Assembly: GCA_016618085.1 (NCBI GenBank)
Contig: JABLTG010000031.1
Location: 62,001 to 126,000 of the forward strand
Direction of reading: 5' to 3'
Origin: Neovahlkampfia damariscottae
Lineage: Eukaryota
Length of the DNA stretch: 64,000 nucleotides
The notes beneath the pieces are model-generated. The model did no database searches. It saw nothing but the letters and a program-made list of their open reading frames with translations, and was not told the origin of the DNA. Positions 26,798-38,618 of this stretch are shown in pieces (position 1 is the first letter of the stretch; every line of letters begins with the position of its first letter). The position numbers and the translations under genes are program-made.

Positions 26798-27995
26798 ATG
26801 GAACTTAACAATAGAAAAGGTCTGAATATTGTAAAACTAGTTCAAAAATATGCTCTACCTGCTTTTGTGATGGGTATGATTACTCTTGGATACTTATTTG
26901 CTATTTTTATTTTGAATTCAGCAATGTTTAGTACTTCTGGGATAATGTACTACTTAAATTTTCTTTTAATGACATGTGAATATTATTTGGTAATATCTAC
27001 CTATTACAAAATTGGTATAAAAACACTTTAAAAAAAACTCATCTTATTTCAACAGTTTCTACATCACCAGGTTACTTTTTTTTGAAAAATTCACATTTTT
27101 AGGATACGTACCAAAAGATTGGTATTTGAAATATTCTATTAATTTATCTTTAAATATAGGTTGGGACAAATAAATGAAGAAGAAACTGAAACAATTTTAA
27201 ATATTGAAAAAACACACACAGATGGTTCTTCAAGGTTTGAAAATGAAAATTTAAAAAATATAAAGAGTTTGTGATCAATGTAGTATGTTAAAACCACCAA
27301 GAGCACATCACAGTAACATGTTAAAAAAGTAAAAAAAAAAAACTTAAAACTTAATAATTAAAAAGATGTGTTTTAAGAATGGATCATTATTGGTACATTT
27401 AAATCATATTAATCATTTTAGTGTTTGGGTTTCAAATTGTGTTGGCTGTATGAACCACAAATACTTTTTTTTATTTTTATTTTATTTGATGTTTGTTGCG
27501 TTTCAATGGTATTTTTATGTTGGTATTTCATTTATTAAGTACTATTTATATCGTGATTCATTTTATATATTGACATTTTTCATGATTTTTTTTTTTTCAG
27601 TTTTTATATTTCCATTGACTATGGTCGTAACTTTATTTGTTGGATGGCAATTTTATTTAATTTATACAAATCAAACATCAGTTGAATATCATAAAAATAG
27701 TCTTTTAATGATAAAATTTAGAAGAGCAGGAAAAGTAAAAAAAAAAAAAAATTAATAAGACTTTCTGAAGATTAAAGAATTTAAAAATATTTATGATATA
27801 GGAATGTATGAGAATATTTGTCAAGTTTTAGGTTCCAATCCAAAATATTGGTTATTACCAACAAAACCAGAAATGGATGGATATCGTTACAAAACAATAC
27901 CTTTGGAAGAAGTTAAACAATTTCAAAAAATTTGTGAAGAAATTTCAAATGTTAAACTACAACAAGTAATCTATCAAGGAGAGTCAGAAGATTAA
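26798..27995 (+). CDS. zDHHC-family S-palmitoyltransferase, DHYC variant
   Basis: TSPGYVP, KPPRAHH, RMDHYCVWVSNCVG, NQTSVE and YDIGMYEN motifs; seven introns. Confidence 0.9.
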
Positions 27996-28009
27996 ATTCA
28001 TTTTTCTTT

Positions 28010-28383
28010 TTATAATTCAATAATTTTAATAGGTTCAGCTTTGACATTTTTTTCTTTGAAATATTCACCTTCATAATCACCAACTAAACAGACATTATTT
28101 CCTCTGAGAAATAACTTTTAATTTTTTCTTCTTACCTTATAATGAATAATCCTAGTAATACTTGTTTAACACCTTCAATTGGCGAATAAACATTTTCTGT
28201 ACACTTTTCTAAAATCATATTTGTTAATTGATCATAACCTTTTAATGTTCCAACACTTTAGAGTATTAATAAATGTTAAAGTTTCAAACTAATTCTTTCC
28301 ATCACAAGTGATGACTGAAACTTGTTCTGAAGTAAAGTGTATTAATGATTTGTATTGGGTTTACTGTCAATATAATTTTCCAT
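28010..28383 (-). CDS. LSM8: U6 snRNA-associated Sm-like protein LSm8
   Basis: Spliced MENYIDKQVSVITCDGKNYVGTLKGYDQLTNMIL...LGLFIIRGNNV...AEPI; three introns. Confidence 0.88.
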
Positions 28384-28495
28384 AGATTTTTAAAAAATGA
28401 CGTTTTAGTTGAAGCAAACAACAAAATTATTGGAAAAAAAAAATGCTACAAATTGGTTGGATAATTTTTCTAACCAATCGTTTTTATCTTCAACA

Positions 28496-31400
28496 ATGTC
28501 TGGTAAGAGGTTACTTTCTAAATAATTTTCAGAATTTATTGAGAAAGAAGCTCATTTAAGTGAAGATGAAGAAATAGAAAAAACAAAAAATAAAAATGAA
28601 GATGACGACGAAGATTCAGAAAATGATGATAATGTGGAAGATAAATTTGACTATAATGATGGGTTTTTAGTTGATGATGAAGAAGATGATGTAGATTCAA
28701 AAAAACATGGGAGAGATGATGATGATGAAGTTGAAAAAAAAAAACCAAAAAAATTAAGAAGGCTTACAAAAAAAAGTGAAGAAGCACCAAAAGTAATTGT
28801 TCAAGAAATAGTACAAAAAGAAAAAAGTTATGGTCTTGATTTTCTTGATGAAGAAGATGAAGACGAAGAGGAAGAACCAAAAAGAAGAAAAGACGATTTT
28901 ATAGTTGGTGAAATCGTTGATGACGAACAAGTTGAACAAGACGAAAAAATGGGTGATGCTATGAGTGTTTTTGGTAATTATGATTTCTCAGAATTTGTAA
29001 AAAAAAAAAAAAAATTAAAAAAAAATAAAGTTCGATGAAGAAGAAGGTGAAATTGAAGACGAAGAAGAAATTGAAAATGAAGATAAATTTAAAAAATTAA
29101 AAGAACATTTTGAACCTGAAGTACTTGCATCAAGTTTTATGACTGATTTTGATGAAAAAATAAAAAAAACTGATAAACCAGAAAGATTTCAATTAAGACA
29201 ACCATCAAGAGGTAAAGTTACAGATGATGATATTGAAATTGAATCATATTGGATATTTGATCAAAGTTTTAGTAAAAAAATAGAAGACATTGCGAAAAAA
29301 GAAATTGAAGAATTAGGAGGAAGTATTTATGGTACACAAGAAGAAGGAACATTTTATGAAACATTTGAAGAAAAAAAAGAACAATGTATTTCAGCAATCA
29401 AAGAAGTTTTAAAATTAATTTTAATTGAATTTTGTGATATTCCATTTATTTCAAATTATAGAAAAGAAACATTTGAACATATATTAACCAATGATATTGA
29501 TTTATGGAAGATTTCTGATTTAGATGATGAATGGGAACAATTAAATAAAAAAAAACAAGAATTAACAACATTATATAATCAAACAGATGGAATTGATTTA
29601 TTATATATTGATATGTTAAAAAATGCAAAAACAAAAATTGAAATTAATGATTTATCAGATCATTATAAAAAATTTTTTGGTTCAAAAAAAATGTCAAAAA
29701 AATTACCTGAAAATCAAAAAAAATATTCAATTTTCAAAAAATTAAAAATTGGTGAATTCGTAAAATTATTTGGATTAACATCAACTCAATTTGCTGGTAA
29801 TTAATCCTATTGGATCTTTTAATATTATTTTTAGATAATTTAGAATCATTATATCAAAAGAATCAAGTTAAAGATTATTCAAAAGAACCTTTAATTGCAG
29901 CATTTGATTTTATTACATCTGATTTTAAAACAGAAGAATTAATTTTAAAAGCATCAAGACATATTTATGCATATGAAATATCAAATGAACCAATTATAAA
30001 AAGAAAAATAAGAAATGTTTTTGAAATGAATTCATTAATTACAACAATTCCAACAAAAAAAGGTACAACATGTACTATAAAAGAATATAAAAATATTTTA
30101 GCAATTCAAAATATACCAATTACAGATTTTAAAAAATCAAATGATTCTTTAAAAGATTTTCTATATATCATTAAAGCAGAGAGAGATGGATTTTTAAAAT
30201 TATCAATTTCAATTGATGATTCATTAATTGATCAAACATTAGATATTCAATCAACATTTTTTAGTTCAAATTTTGATAATGATGTTTGTAAACTTTGGAA
30301 TGAACAAAGAGAATTAGTAATTCAAGAAGTTAAACAAATTTTAAAAAAACCAATGGAACAATATATTAAAACATTATATTTAAAAGAATCAAAAAAAATT
30401 ATTGAATTTGAAGTTTCAAAAAATATGAAGAATTTATTGAATGTTGGTCCTTATCAAAAAAAAAAAAATTCTTATTATTCAATTAATGATCAATCTACAA
30501 GTGATTTTGAAGAATATGAACCATATACAGTTTTATCATGTTGTAAAGGAAATGAATCTGAAAAATCATGTTTTAGTTTTTTAAATGAAAATGGTAAATT
30601 TATTGATAAATTAGAATGGGAATATTCAAATAGAATTGAAAAAAAGAAAAAGGATCAATTCTTTTATTTAAAGAAATTTATTGAAAAATATAAACCAGAT
30701 TATATTGTTGTTGGTACTGGAAATGGTTTTGAAGATAAAAAATTTTATGAAGATATACTTTATATTTATAGAACATCCAATCAAATTGAAGATATTGATG
30801 AAAATCCAGAAGACAAAATATTTTTCGTTTCTTCAGAAATTTCAAAAATATATGAACATTCTTCATTTTCAAATCAAGATTTTCCAAGTTTTAATAATAC
30901 AATTAAAAGATCAATTTCTATTGGAAGAAAATTTCAAAATCCAATTGGAGAAATATCAAGATTATTTAATTTTGAAAAAGATATTTTATATTTAAAATTG
31001 AATTTCTTACAAGATTTATTATCCAAAGATGAATTATTAAAAACTATTGAAAGAGAATTTATAAGATCTATTTCTAAAATTGGAATTGATATTAATCAAT
31101 CAATTTCATATGATCATTTAAATTCAATGATTCAATTCTTATCAGGATTAGGTCCAAGAAAAGCAAAAGATTTTATTGAAAATTTAAAAAATTATGAATC
31201 TTCATTCTTAGAAGAAAGAGAAAAATTATTAAAAGATGATTTATTAACTGAAAATATTTATAAAAATGTTGCTGGATTTTTAAAGATTAATTATGATTCT
31301 CAAGAAGTAATATTAGATTCAACAAGAATTCATCCAGAATCTTATACATTAGCATTAAAAATAGCAACAGATGCATTAGATGATGAACAAGAAGAAGAAG

Positions 31401-32626
31401 AAGAAGAAGAAGATAATATTTTAGTTCAAAAAATTATGAAGAATTCAAATTTATTAGATGATTTAGATTTAGATGCATATGCAGAAGAATTAGCATCACG
31501 TAATTTAGGAAAGAAATCAATTACATTAAAAGATATTAAAAAAGAATTAAAATATCCATTTAAAGATGATTCAAGAATACCATTTAAAAAATATTCATCT
31601 ATTGAATTATTTTATCATTTAACAGGAGAAACAAAAGAAACATTTTTTGAAGATTTAATAATTACAGTTGTTGTAAAAAAAATAACAAGAGATTTTGTAA
31701 TTTGTGAATTAGAAAATGGATGTGAAGGTAGAATATTATTAAATTCAATGTCTGATGATTATGATGAACCAAATCCATTTGATTTATTTCAAATTGGATT
31801 AAATGTTGAATGTGTTATTGAAAGAATAAATTTTGATAATCTATTAGTTGAATTAAATTCAAAAGAATCAATTATTAGAGAGAAAATGGAACAAGAATTT
31901 AATTTTAAACATAAAAGAAGAAATGGATTTGATGATGATTCAAATTATAATAGAAAAAGAATTAAAAGAAATGTTAATCATCCTTTATTTAAAAATTTTG
32001 ATTTTGAAGAATCAAAAAATTATTTAAAAACACATTCTATTGGTGATTTAATCATTAGACCTTCTTCAAAAGGTTTTGATCATTTAACAATCACTTATAA
32101 ATTTTTTGAAAATGTTTATGTTAATTTAGATATTTTAGAAAAAAATAAAAAAGATCCATTTTCATTAGGTGAAAAATTAATCATTGAAAATCAAGAATTT
32201 GATGATTTAGATGAAATTATTGCAAGATATATTGAACCAATCATTGATCATATTAAAAATTTATTAAATCATCAAAAATTTATTAACAAATCAGAAGATG
32301 AAATTAAGAAATCATTAATAAAACAAAAACAAATTAATTCTCAAATTATACCATATGCAGTTGGAATTGATCATAAAAGATCTGGAAGATTTAACATTTA
32401 TTATGTTCCAGGTTTAAAAAGAGTTAAATTAGAACATATTGGTGTAAATCCAGATGGTTTTTCTTTTTTGAAAAGAAATTTTTCATCACCAAATAAATTG
32501 TTTAATGCTTTTAAAAAGTCATATAAAGAATTGGCTTCATTGAAATATTCAAGAAATGAAGAAGATGAAGAAGATTCTTATGATAGAAGAAGAAAAAGTT
32601 CACCTGAAAATTTTGGTCAGTGGTAA
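28496..32626 (+). CDS. SPT6: Transcription elongation factor Spt6
   Basis: Acidic N-terminus, DKPERFQLR, YqgF-like domain, GLGPRKA HhH, LDSTRIHPESY, S1 and tandem SH2 (IIRPSSKG) domains. Confidence 0.95.
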
Positions 32627-32670
32627 AAAAACAAAATAAAAATCCATTTTTTTTTTCAATATACTCAATA

Positions 32671-32859
32671 TTCTGAAAATAGTTGGAACATTTCTTAAAC
32701 TTGAATTCTGACAGATTAATTTCACAGTCAGACAAATCATCGTTTTAGTCCAGAAATGACAATTAGAGTGCGAAACAAATCTCTGAGCAATTTTTGGATA
32801 ATTGCAAATGGATTGATTAGTCAAAGGCTTTTTTCAATTGACAGAAAACTATTTTGGAA
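32671..32859 (+). ncRNA. Candidate structured RNA, family unassigned
   Basis: A long-range closing helix and five internal helices found by eye, in the largest convergent gap of the window. Confidence 0.45.
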
Positions 32860-32867
32860 TGCCAAGA

Positions 32868-34733
32868 TTATTGATTTATTTGGGTTTTTGTCTTTTTTGT
32901 CTTTTTTGGTTCTCTTGGTTCAATAACAAGACTCTTTTGATATAATTCTTCATCACTTTTTAATCCATTAAAACTTTTTAAATATTCAACTAAACTAGGT
33001 ACATCATGAAAATAATACTTGGTATTTTGATAAGTTTGAATTTCTCTGATAACTTTTGCGAACTAATAAAAATGAATTACAATGATTCAAAAATTTACTT
33101 GTAAACATTTCACAAAGTTAATTTTACCATTTTGATATTTTGGGTGTCCATCTTGAATGAATGTTAAGTCAGTTAAATAGACACCAACATAAGGAATACA
33201 TGGTGGTTTAACACTAATAAGTCTTGATCTCATATTTGAAAATGCTCCTGATGGTGATGTTTGTTGATGGAGATATTGAAATTTCTTTTTTGATTCTTCT
33301 GAAATTCCTTCAAATGTTTTTTTTAATCTAAAAATAGAAGATGAATTTAAAGCAGAAAAAACAGAAAATAAACCATTAAAATTATTTAAATTCCATAATT
33401 TATCTGAAATATCAATGAATTTTTCAACAATTAAAATTCTTTGTTTTAAGTTATCAGTGTCAACAATTTGATTTGAAATCCAACTTGAAAGTTGATTAAA
33501 GTGTTGAATCATTGAATTAATATTTGTTTCTGGATTATTCCAATTTTGATTTAAACATTCTTTTGGTTCAATTGATTGAAATATATCAAAATTGATTTTT
33601 GTAATTTGACGTGCAATTTCAATAGAAGGCCAATTTAAAACAGAATTTGAAAATAAATTCTTTTTACCAAAAAATTGATATTTTGGTTTTTCAATTGGAG
33701 GATATAAATTTGATATTGATGATTTTGATTCAATTGACGAATCAAATTTTAATTTTGCTTTTTCCAATGAATTGATTAATATTTTTTTATGAGCAATTCC
33801 ACCTTTAATCTTTTCAATTGAATAAAGAAATTCATCAAATTTAATTTTCATTTTTTCATCAAAATCAAAAACATAAAAATTTTCAATCCAAAATTTTAGA
33901 GTTTGTGTAACTCTTAATCTTATTTTATCCAATTTTTCAAATTTGAATTTCAAAAAATCATCATTTGAGTTACAAAATAAAGGTGGTGGAATATTATATC
34001 TTTCAATTAATAAATCAAAGAAATATTCACAATCTGTGAAAGATCTAAAAGTAATAATAAAAGTATGTAAGAAATGTTGATCAAAATATGAATGTGAAGT
34101 TAAATTTTCAACAAGTTTTTCTAAAGTTGCTGATTCAATTGTATTGTCTTTTGACCATGTGATTGAATCAAATACTTCTTCTTTGATTTTGATTTGTTCA
34201 ATTGGAATATAATAAAAATCTTGTGGTGAAATATTTTCAGTTGATTTTTTAATTTTTTTTTGAATTTCTAATGATGGATATTTCAATGGATTTCTTTTGG
34301 AAACTATTTAAAAATGAGAAAGTTAAATGTGTGTTTTGTTTTTACGTATTGAATAATATTGATTTTTGAGAGATGAGTTTGAATTTATTTTGAATTTTGG
34401 ATACTCTAAATATTGTTTTTCAACAAATGGTTTCCAAAAGTCATCTTTTTCTGAAACTGTTCTAAAAGTTTTGTTGATACTTCCATAGGTGATTAAATCT
34501 TTTGCTTGGAATTCTGTTGCTGAAAAAATATTTTCAACAACTTCTTCTGTGCTAAAAGTATCTTGTTGTTCATATTCTGAATCATAAAGATCGAAAATAT
34601 TTTCCGGGATTTCTGAGTCTTGAACTACAAGTGACATTTCTATTGGTGTTAATTGGAACTCATTTGTGATTTTTTCTTGAGTTTGATTTGTTTGAGTGAA
34701 AGAAAATACGGTTGCAAGTTTTTGTTTAAACAT
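32868..34733 (-). CDS. F-box plus RasGEF (REM + CDC25) protein
   Basis: F-box-like EEVVENIFS...SINKTFRTVSEKDDFWK, then SATLEKLVENLT, LNNFNGLFSVFSAL and PPCIPYVGVYLTDLTFIQDG; two introns. Confidence 0.88.
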
Positions 34734-34817
34734 CTCCGAGTTTTTAATTGGGAACTTAAATTTAAAAATAACTACCAATCATTTTATAGCAAAAGAAAAA
34801 ACAAGAATAGATAAAGT

Positions 34818-35026
34818 TCATGTTGAAGTTCTTTAACCAACAAAAATCAACCTGGAAATGAACAAAAGATACAAACCAGTGAGAAATCAGTTCATTTCTT
34901 GAGGAAGAATATATCCAATTTGATCACCAACTTTTAATTACATGTTCTCCATGTATTCAAGAGTGTACTCAGGTGTATATTCTTCTAAGATCACGCCATT
35001 CAATATTTACTTTTCTAAGACTTCAA
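34818..35026 (-). ncRNA. Candidate structured RNA, possibly H/ACA-like
   Basis: A closing stem followed by ACA+3 nt, a second helix and a three-way junction with two hairpins. Confidence 0.45.
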
Positions 35027-35210
35027 AACTTTTTATTTTGATAAGGTTTCTTTCTTTATTCACTTTTTATTTGGTTAATTTCGTTTTGATTGGAGAAATT
35101 ATCCGAACTTAAATAAACTACAATTGTTTTCAACTATTTCTGAAAGGAAAATTGAATTGTCTTTATCTTTATTGATCAAATAATTCTAAACCAATCACAT
35201 CGATTCTAAC

Positions 35211-37031
35211 ATGAACAACAGTTTGAATGAACAAAATCAAAATTTTATTTTGTTTGGTTTAAATGAACTCACCATCAACTTTATTAAACTATTGTCAAAA
35301 AAAGAAGAAAAAGAAATTTTATCAAAAATATTTATAGTTGACAATGAAGATGTGTTGTATGAAAAATATAAAAAAGATTTAAATTCAACAAACTCAACCA
35401 TTTTTATCAAAGATTTTAAAGAAATGTTTGAAAAAATTAAAAACTTAAAAACTATTTTAAATTTTAAATATTTGAAAAAAGAAGAAAAAGTAAAATTAAT
35501 GCAGCATTGTTTAAATTTTGAAATTAATTTTATTGATACAAATAATGAAGAAAATTTAGATTTTATTTTACAAGATGAGTCATTGAATGTAAAATTAAAA
35601 GCGAAAAATATTTTTTTCATTTTTGGAGTTGATTCGAATTTAATTTTATTTAATTTAGTTTCTCGATTTTTAAATGAAAAATTCAATGGAAATTTAAAAG
35701 ATATCGAATTTTATCATAACTCAAATGATGGTTTTTTTAAAATTTTAAATTCTATTCAAAATAGTGAGGGTGAATTAATGAAAATTACAAATGAAAAACA
35801 AACAAAGATATCTTGTTTAAATAATATCAAAAAATTAAATTTAAATTTAAAAGATTTTAAAAATAATTTTGTTGAAGAAGAATTTGAAGAAATTTCATTT
35901 GACGAAAATTCTCAATTTTTTAGAGGAAATTTAATTCCAATATTATCCAATGAAATATCAACTTGTTACAATGAAACAAAAATTAAAAATATATCAAGTT
36001 ATGTTTTGAGAGAAGAATACGTAACACAATGGTTTTCTTTTATCAATTCAATTTTGTTTTTCTATTTAAAGTTTTTGGTTTATTTCATTTTTAAAATACC
36101 ATTTTTCAATTACTTTTTCAATAAGATGAAATATTATGTATTCAAATTTAATAACAGAAGAACTTTAATTTCTTTTTTTGTCAGGTTCAAAACGAAAAAG
36201 AATTTTGAAGGAATTCTAAAAGTGGAATCAAAAGAAAATGAGATTGATCAAACATGTTCATTTTTATTGGATTTATTAAAAAATAAGAGATTAAATTTGA
36301 TCAATGGCATTGAATCATATTCAAATTTAACAAAAAATGAAAATTCTGAAATCTTGAAAAGTTGTGCTAAATTATCATTTGCTTTTGATCAAGATTTGAA
36401 ATTTGATTTTTTGAATGAAAAATTCAATCTTTTAAAAAATGAAAATGAAAATTTGAAGGAAGATGTAAAGAATTTGAAAAATGAAATGAACAATTCAATG
36501 AAGAATCAAACAGAAATGAAAAATGAAATTGATAGATTGATCATTCAATTGAAGAATCAAAAAGAATCAATAATAGAAAAGGAAGAAACAAATGCTGAAA
36601 AGGATGTTCCAGATATCAAAAATGTAGAACCGATCTCTAATGAAAATAAAATCAAAGAAGAGGACTCAAATGATGATGAAGAGGAAGAAGATATCAAAGA
36701 GGAAGAGGAAGATGATGAAAGTGAAGTTGATGATGATGAAGAAGAAGAAGAAGATACTATCAATGAAAAAGATGAAAAAGATTCAAAAAATGAGAAAATT
36801 ATAAATAGATCTACAACTATTCAAGAGGAAGAAAATAAAGGAGAAAAATTAGAAAATTTTCAAAATTTAATTGTGGCAACAGCAAAAGAACATTTAGAAA
36901 TGGAAAAAGAACAAGAAAATATTGCAAGAAAAGTGTCTCCATTTTTTGCAATATCTATTTTAGTTGTAGTTTTATCATTTGGTGTCTTTTACTCTTTAAA
37001 ATTTTATAACTCATTCAAGAATAAACAATGA
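35211..37031 (+). CDS. Degenerate saccharopine-dehydrogenase-like protein with coiled coil and C-terminal TM
   Basis: Residual SCCPDH-like motifs (CLNFEINFIDTNNE, FGVDS) without the glycine-rich loop; acidic region; tail anchor. Confidence 0.5.
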   Translation: MNNSLNEQNQNFILFGLNELTINFIKLLSKKEEKEILSKIFIVDNEDVLYEKYKKDLNSTNSTIFIKDFKEMFEKIKNLKTILNFKYLKKEEKVKLMQHCLNFEINFIDTNNEENLDFILQDESLNVKLKAKNIFFIFGVDSNLILFNLVSRFLNEKFNGNLKDIEFYHNSNDGFFKILNSIQNSEGELMKITNEKQTKISCLNNIKKLNLNLKDFKNNFVEEEFEEISFDENSQFFRGNLIPILSNEISTCYNETKIKNISSYVLREEYVTQWFSFINSILFFYLKFLVYFIFKIPFFNYFFNKMKYYVFKFNNRRTLISFFVRFKTKKNFEGILKVESKENEIDQTCSFLLDLLKNKRLNLINGIESYSNLTKNENSEILKSCAKLSFAFDQDLKFDFLNEKFNLLKNENENLKEDVKNLKNEMNNSMKNQTEMKNEIDRLIIQLKNQKESIIEKEETNAEKDVPDIKNVEPISNENKIKEEDSNDDEEEEDIKEEEEDDESEVDDDEEEEEDTINEKDEKDSKNEKIINRSTTIQEEENKGEKLENFQNLIVATAKEHLEMEKEQENIARKVSPFFAISILVVVLSFGVFYSLKFYNSFKNKQ

Positions 37032-37036
37032 TCATT

Positions 37037-38307
37037 TTATTTAAAATAATGTCTATGAGCAACAGTGCAGGCTCTTTCAATGATTCCCATTGACATACTG
37101 AACATTTCACCAGTTTTATCAAATTCATTTGTTTCTAAGTATCCCTTCCAAAAGCAAGCAAGAAAAATGGAACAATGTAATTCATATAAAATACATGTCT
37201 TGTAGTACTCTTTGATGGTTTTAAATTCTATTTTGTTTTCCAATGAATCATTCAATTGTTTGAGGTAATGTTCTAATATTATATTTTCATTTGATCTTAA
37301 ATCATCAATTGACATTGAATGTATGGTTATACGAGCAATATCCATCAAACCACATCCAAATGTAACACATTGCCAATCAACTATTGATACATTATCTTCT
37401 TTATCAAAAATCAAATTGTCAGATCTCAAATCACCATGAAGAATGGTTTTCGGGAATTTCTCTGATATTAAAGTAAAGAAGTTTGAAATCATTCCTTTGA
37501 TATCTAACGTGTTTAAATCTTCAATAATTTCTTTAATGTTCGAATTTTCATATTCTGTATTTTTGAAATCAATGTTCAATATCCAATCATAAAGTACTTT
37601 CCAATTCAATTCTTCAAAATCGGTCAATTTCTTTAAATTTTGTTCACTATATTGACTCCATGTTTCAATTTTATTCTTTTTAGAATATGATTCAAACTCT
37701 TGTAGTCCAAAACAACAATGAAAACAAAATGAGAAAACGGATGGTATCCAATTCAATTTCAATTCACTCATAAAAGAGTCTTGATTTCCTACAGTAATCC
37801 CAATACTAGTTTTTTCATTCTCTTCAAATTCATGCCAATACTTTGAATGTAATTCACCAATCTTTTCAATTGTTTTGAACATTTGTTGCAAATTCATTGA
37901 TTCTTTGACTTGATTTAAAACTCTTCCATCATTTTTCAAAAATCCATTTTCCATGATAATGATAAAAGTATCATTTTCTAGTTTTGAATAAAAAACTTTT
38001 AACAAGTTTTTATTGTAATATTTATACCATAATAACTCCCTTTCATAATGTCCACCCAATGACATATCAAACCAAGATAATTTTGGAGAACTGAGATACT
38101 TAACAACAACTGACTTTGGTGATAATTTTTTTGGATCTAAAGGTTCTTTGTAGTTTAATCCCACAATCCTCACAAAACTCATTCCTCCTTCGGTGCTTGG
38201 TGGCTTTATTTTCACATCAGTGATTGTGTTGAATCCTTCAAGCGTTTCATTGAGATAATCAACAGATATTTCTTCGTCTATTTTTGGTATTGTTTGTTTT
38301 TTTCTCA
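37037..38307 (-). CDS. Ecdysteroid-kinase-like/APH/choline-kinase-family phosphotransferase
   Basis: SVVVK, RELLWY, HGDLRSDNLIF and IVDWQ...GCGLMDI motifs; intronless. Confidence 0.85.
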
Positions 38308-38461
38308 TTTTCCAAATTGACAAATTGGACCAATAAAACAACAATGTTTATTTTCTTTTTGAAACGAAAAAAATTTAGTTTTATGAAAAAGAAAGTTTTT
38401 TTCGTTTCAAAAAAATTAATCAAAACCAAACCCAACAGATATTGAGACAACCTTCCGAACT

Positions 38462-38509
38462 GAACAAAAAACAACCCAACCAAACTCCAAGAACAAAAAA
38501 CAACCCAAC
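38462..38509 (-). repeat. Perfect 19-bp direct repeat in the RRM gene's 3' flank
   Basis: gaacaaaaaacaacccaac occurs at 38462-38480 and 38491-38509. Confidence 0.85.
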
Positions 38510-38618
38510 AACATCAAAATTTTCACCAGCAAAAAAATAGGCAAAACCAAATCAAGATGCGCTTTTTAACAACTCGTCATATTCAAAAGAAACTTCGTAT
38601 TTATTACTGATCTCCTGC

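Noticed and set aside
32623..32682. Extra terminal intron in SPT6
   Set aside because: At 60 nt it exceeds the local intron size range and the in-frame TAA already gives a plausible end; not excluded without cDNA.
32750..32800. SECIS-like ATGA...AAA...GA pattern
   Set aside because: The helix geometry does not fit, and neither flanking gene has an in-frame TGA.
32690..32800. U12 or U4 snRNA, based on CTTAAACTT and an Sm-like AATTTTTGG
   Set aside because: The adjacent conserved branch-pairing and U6-pairing sequences are absent, and the Sm-like site falls within a hairpin.
34818..35060. Assignment as U3, U17/snR30 or SRP RNA
   Set aside because: GCGTGA resembles U3 box B, but boxes A/A' and D are missing, the snR30 m1/m2 motifs are not in order, and there is no SRP helix-8 motif.
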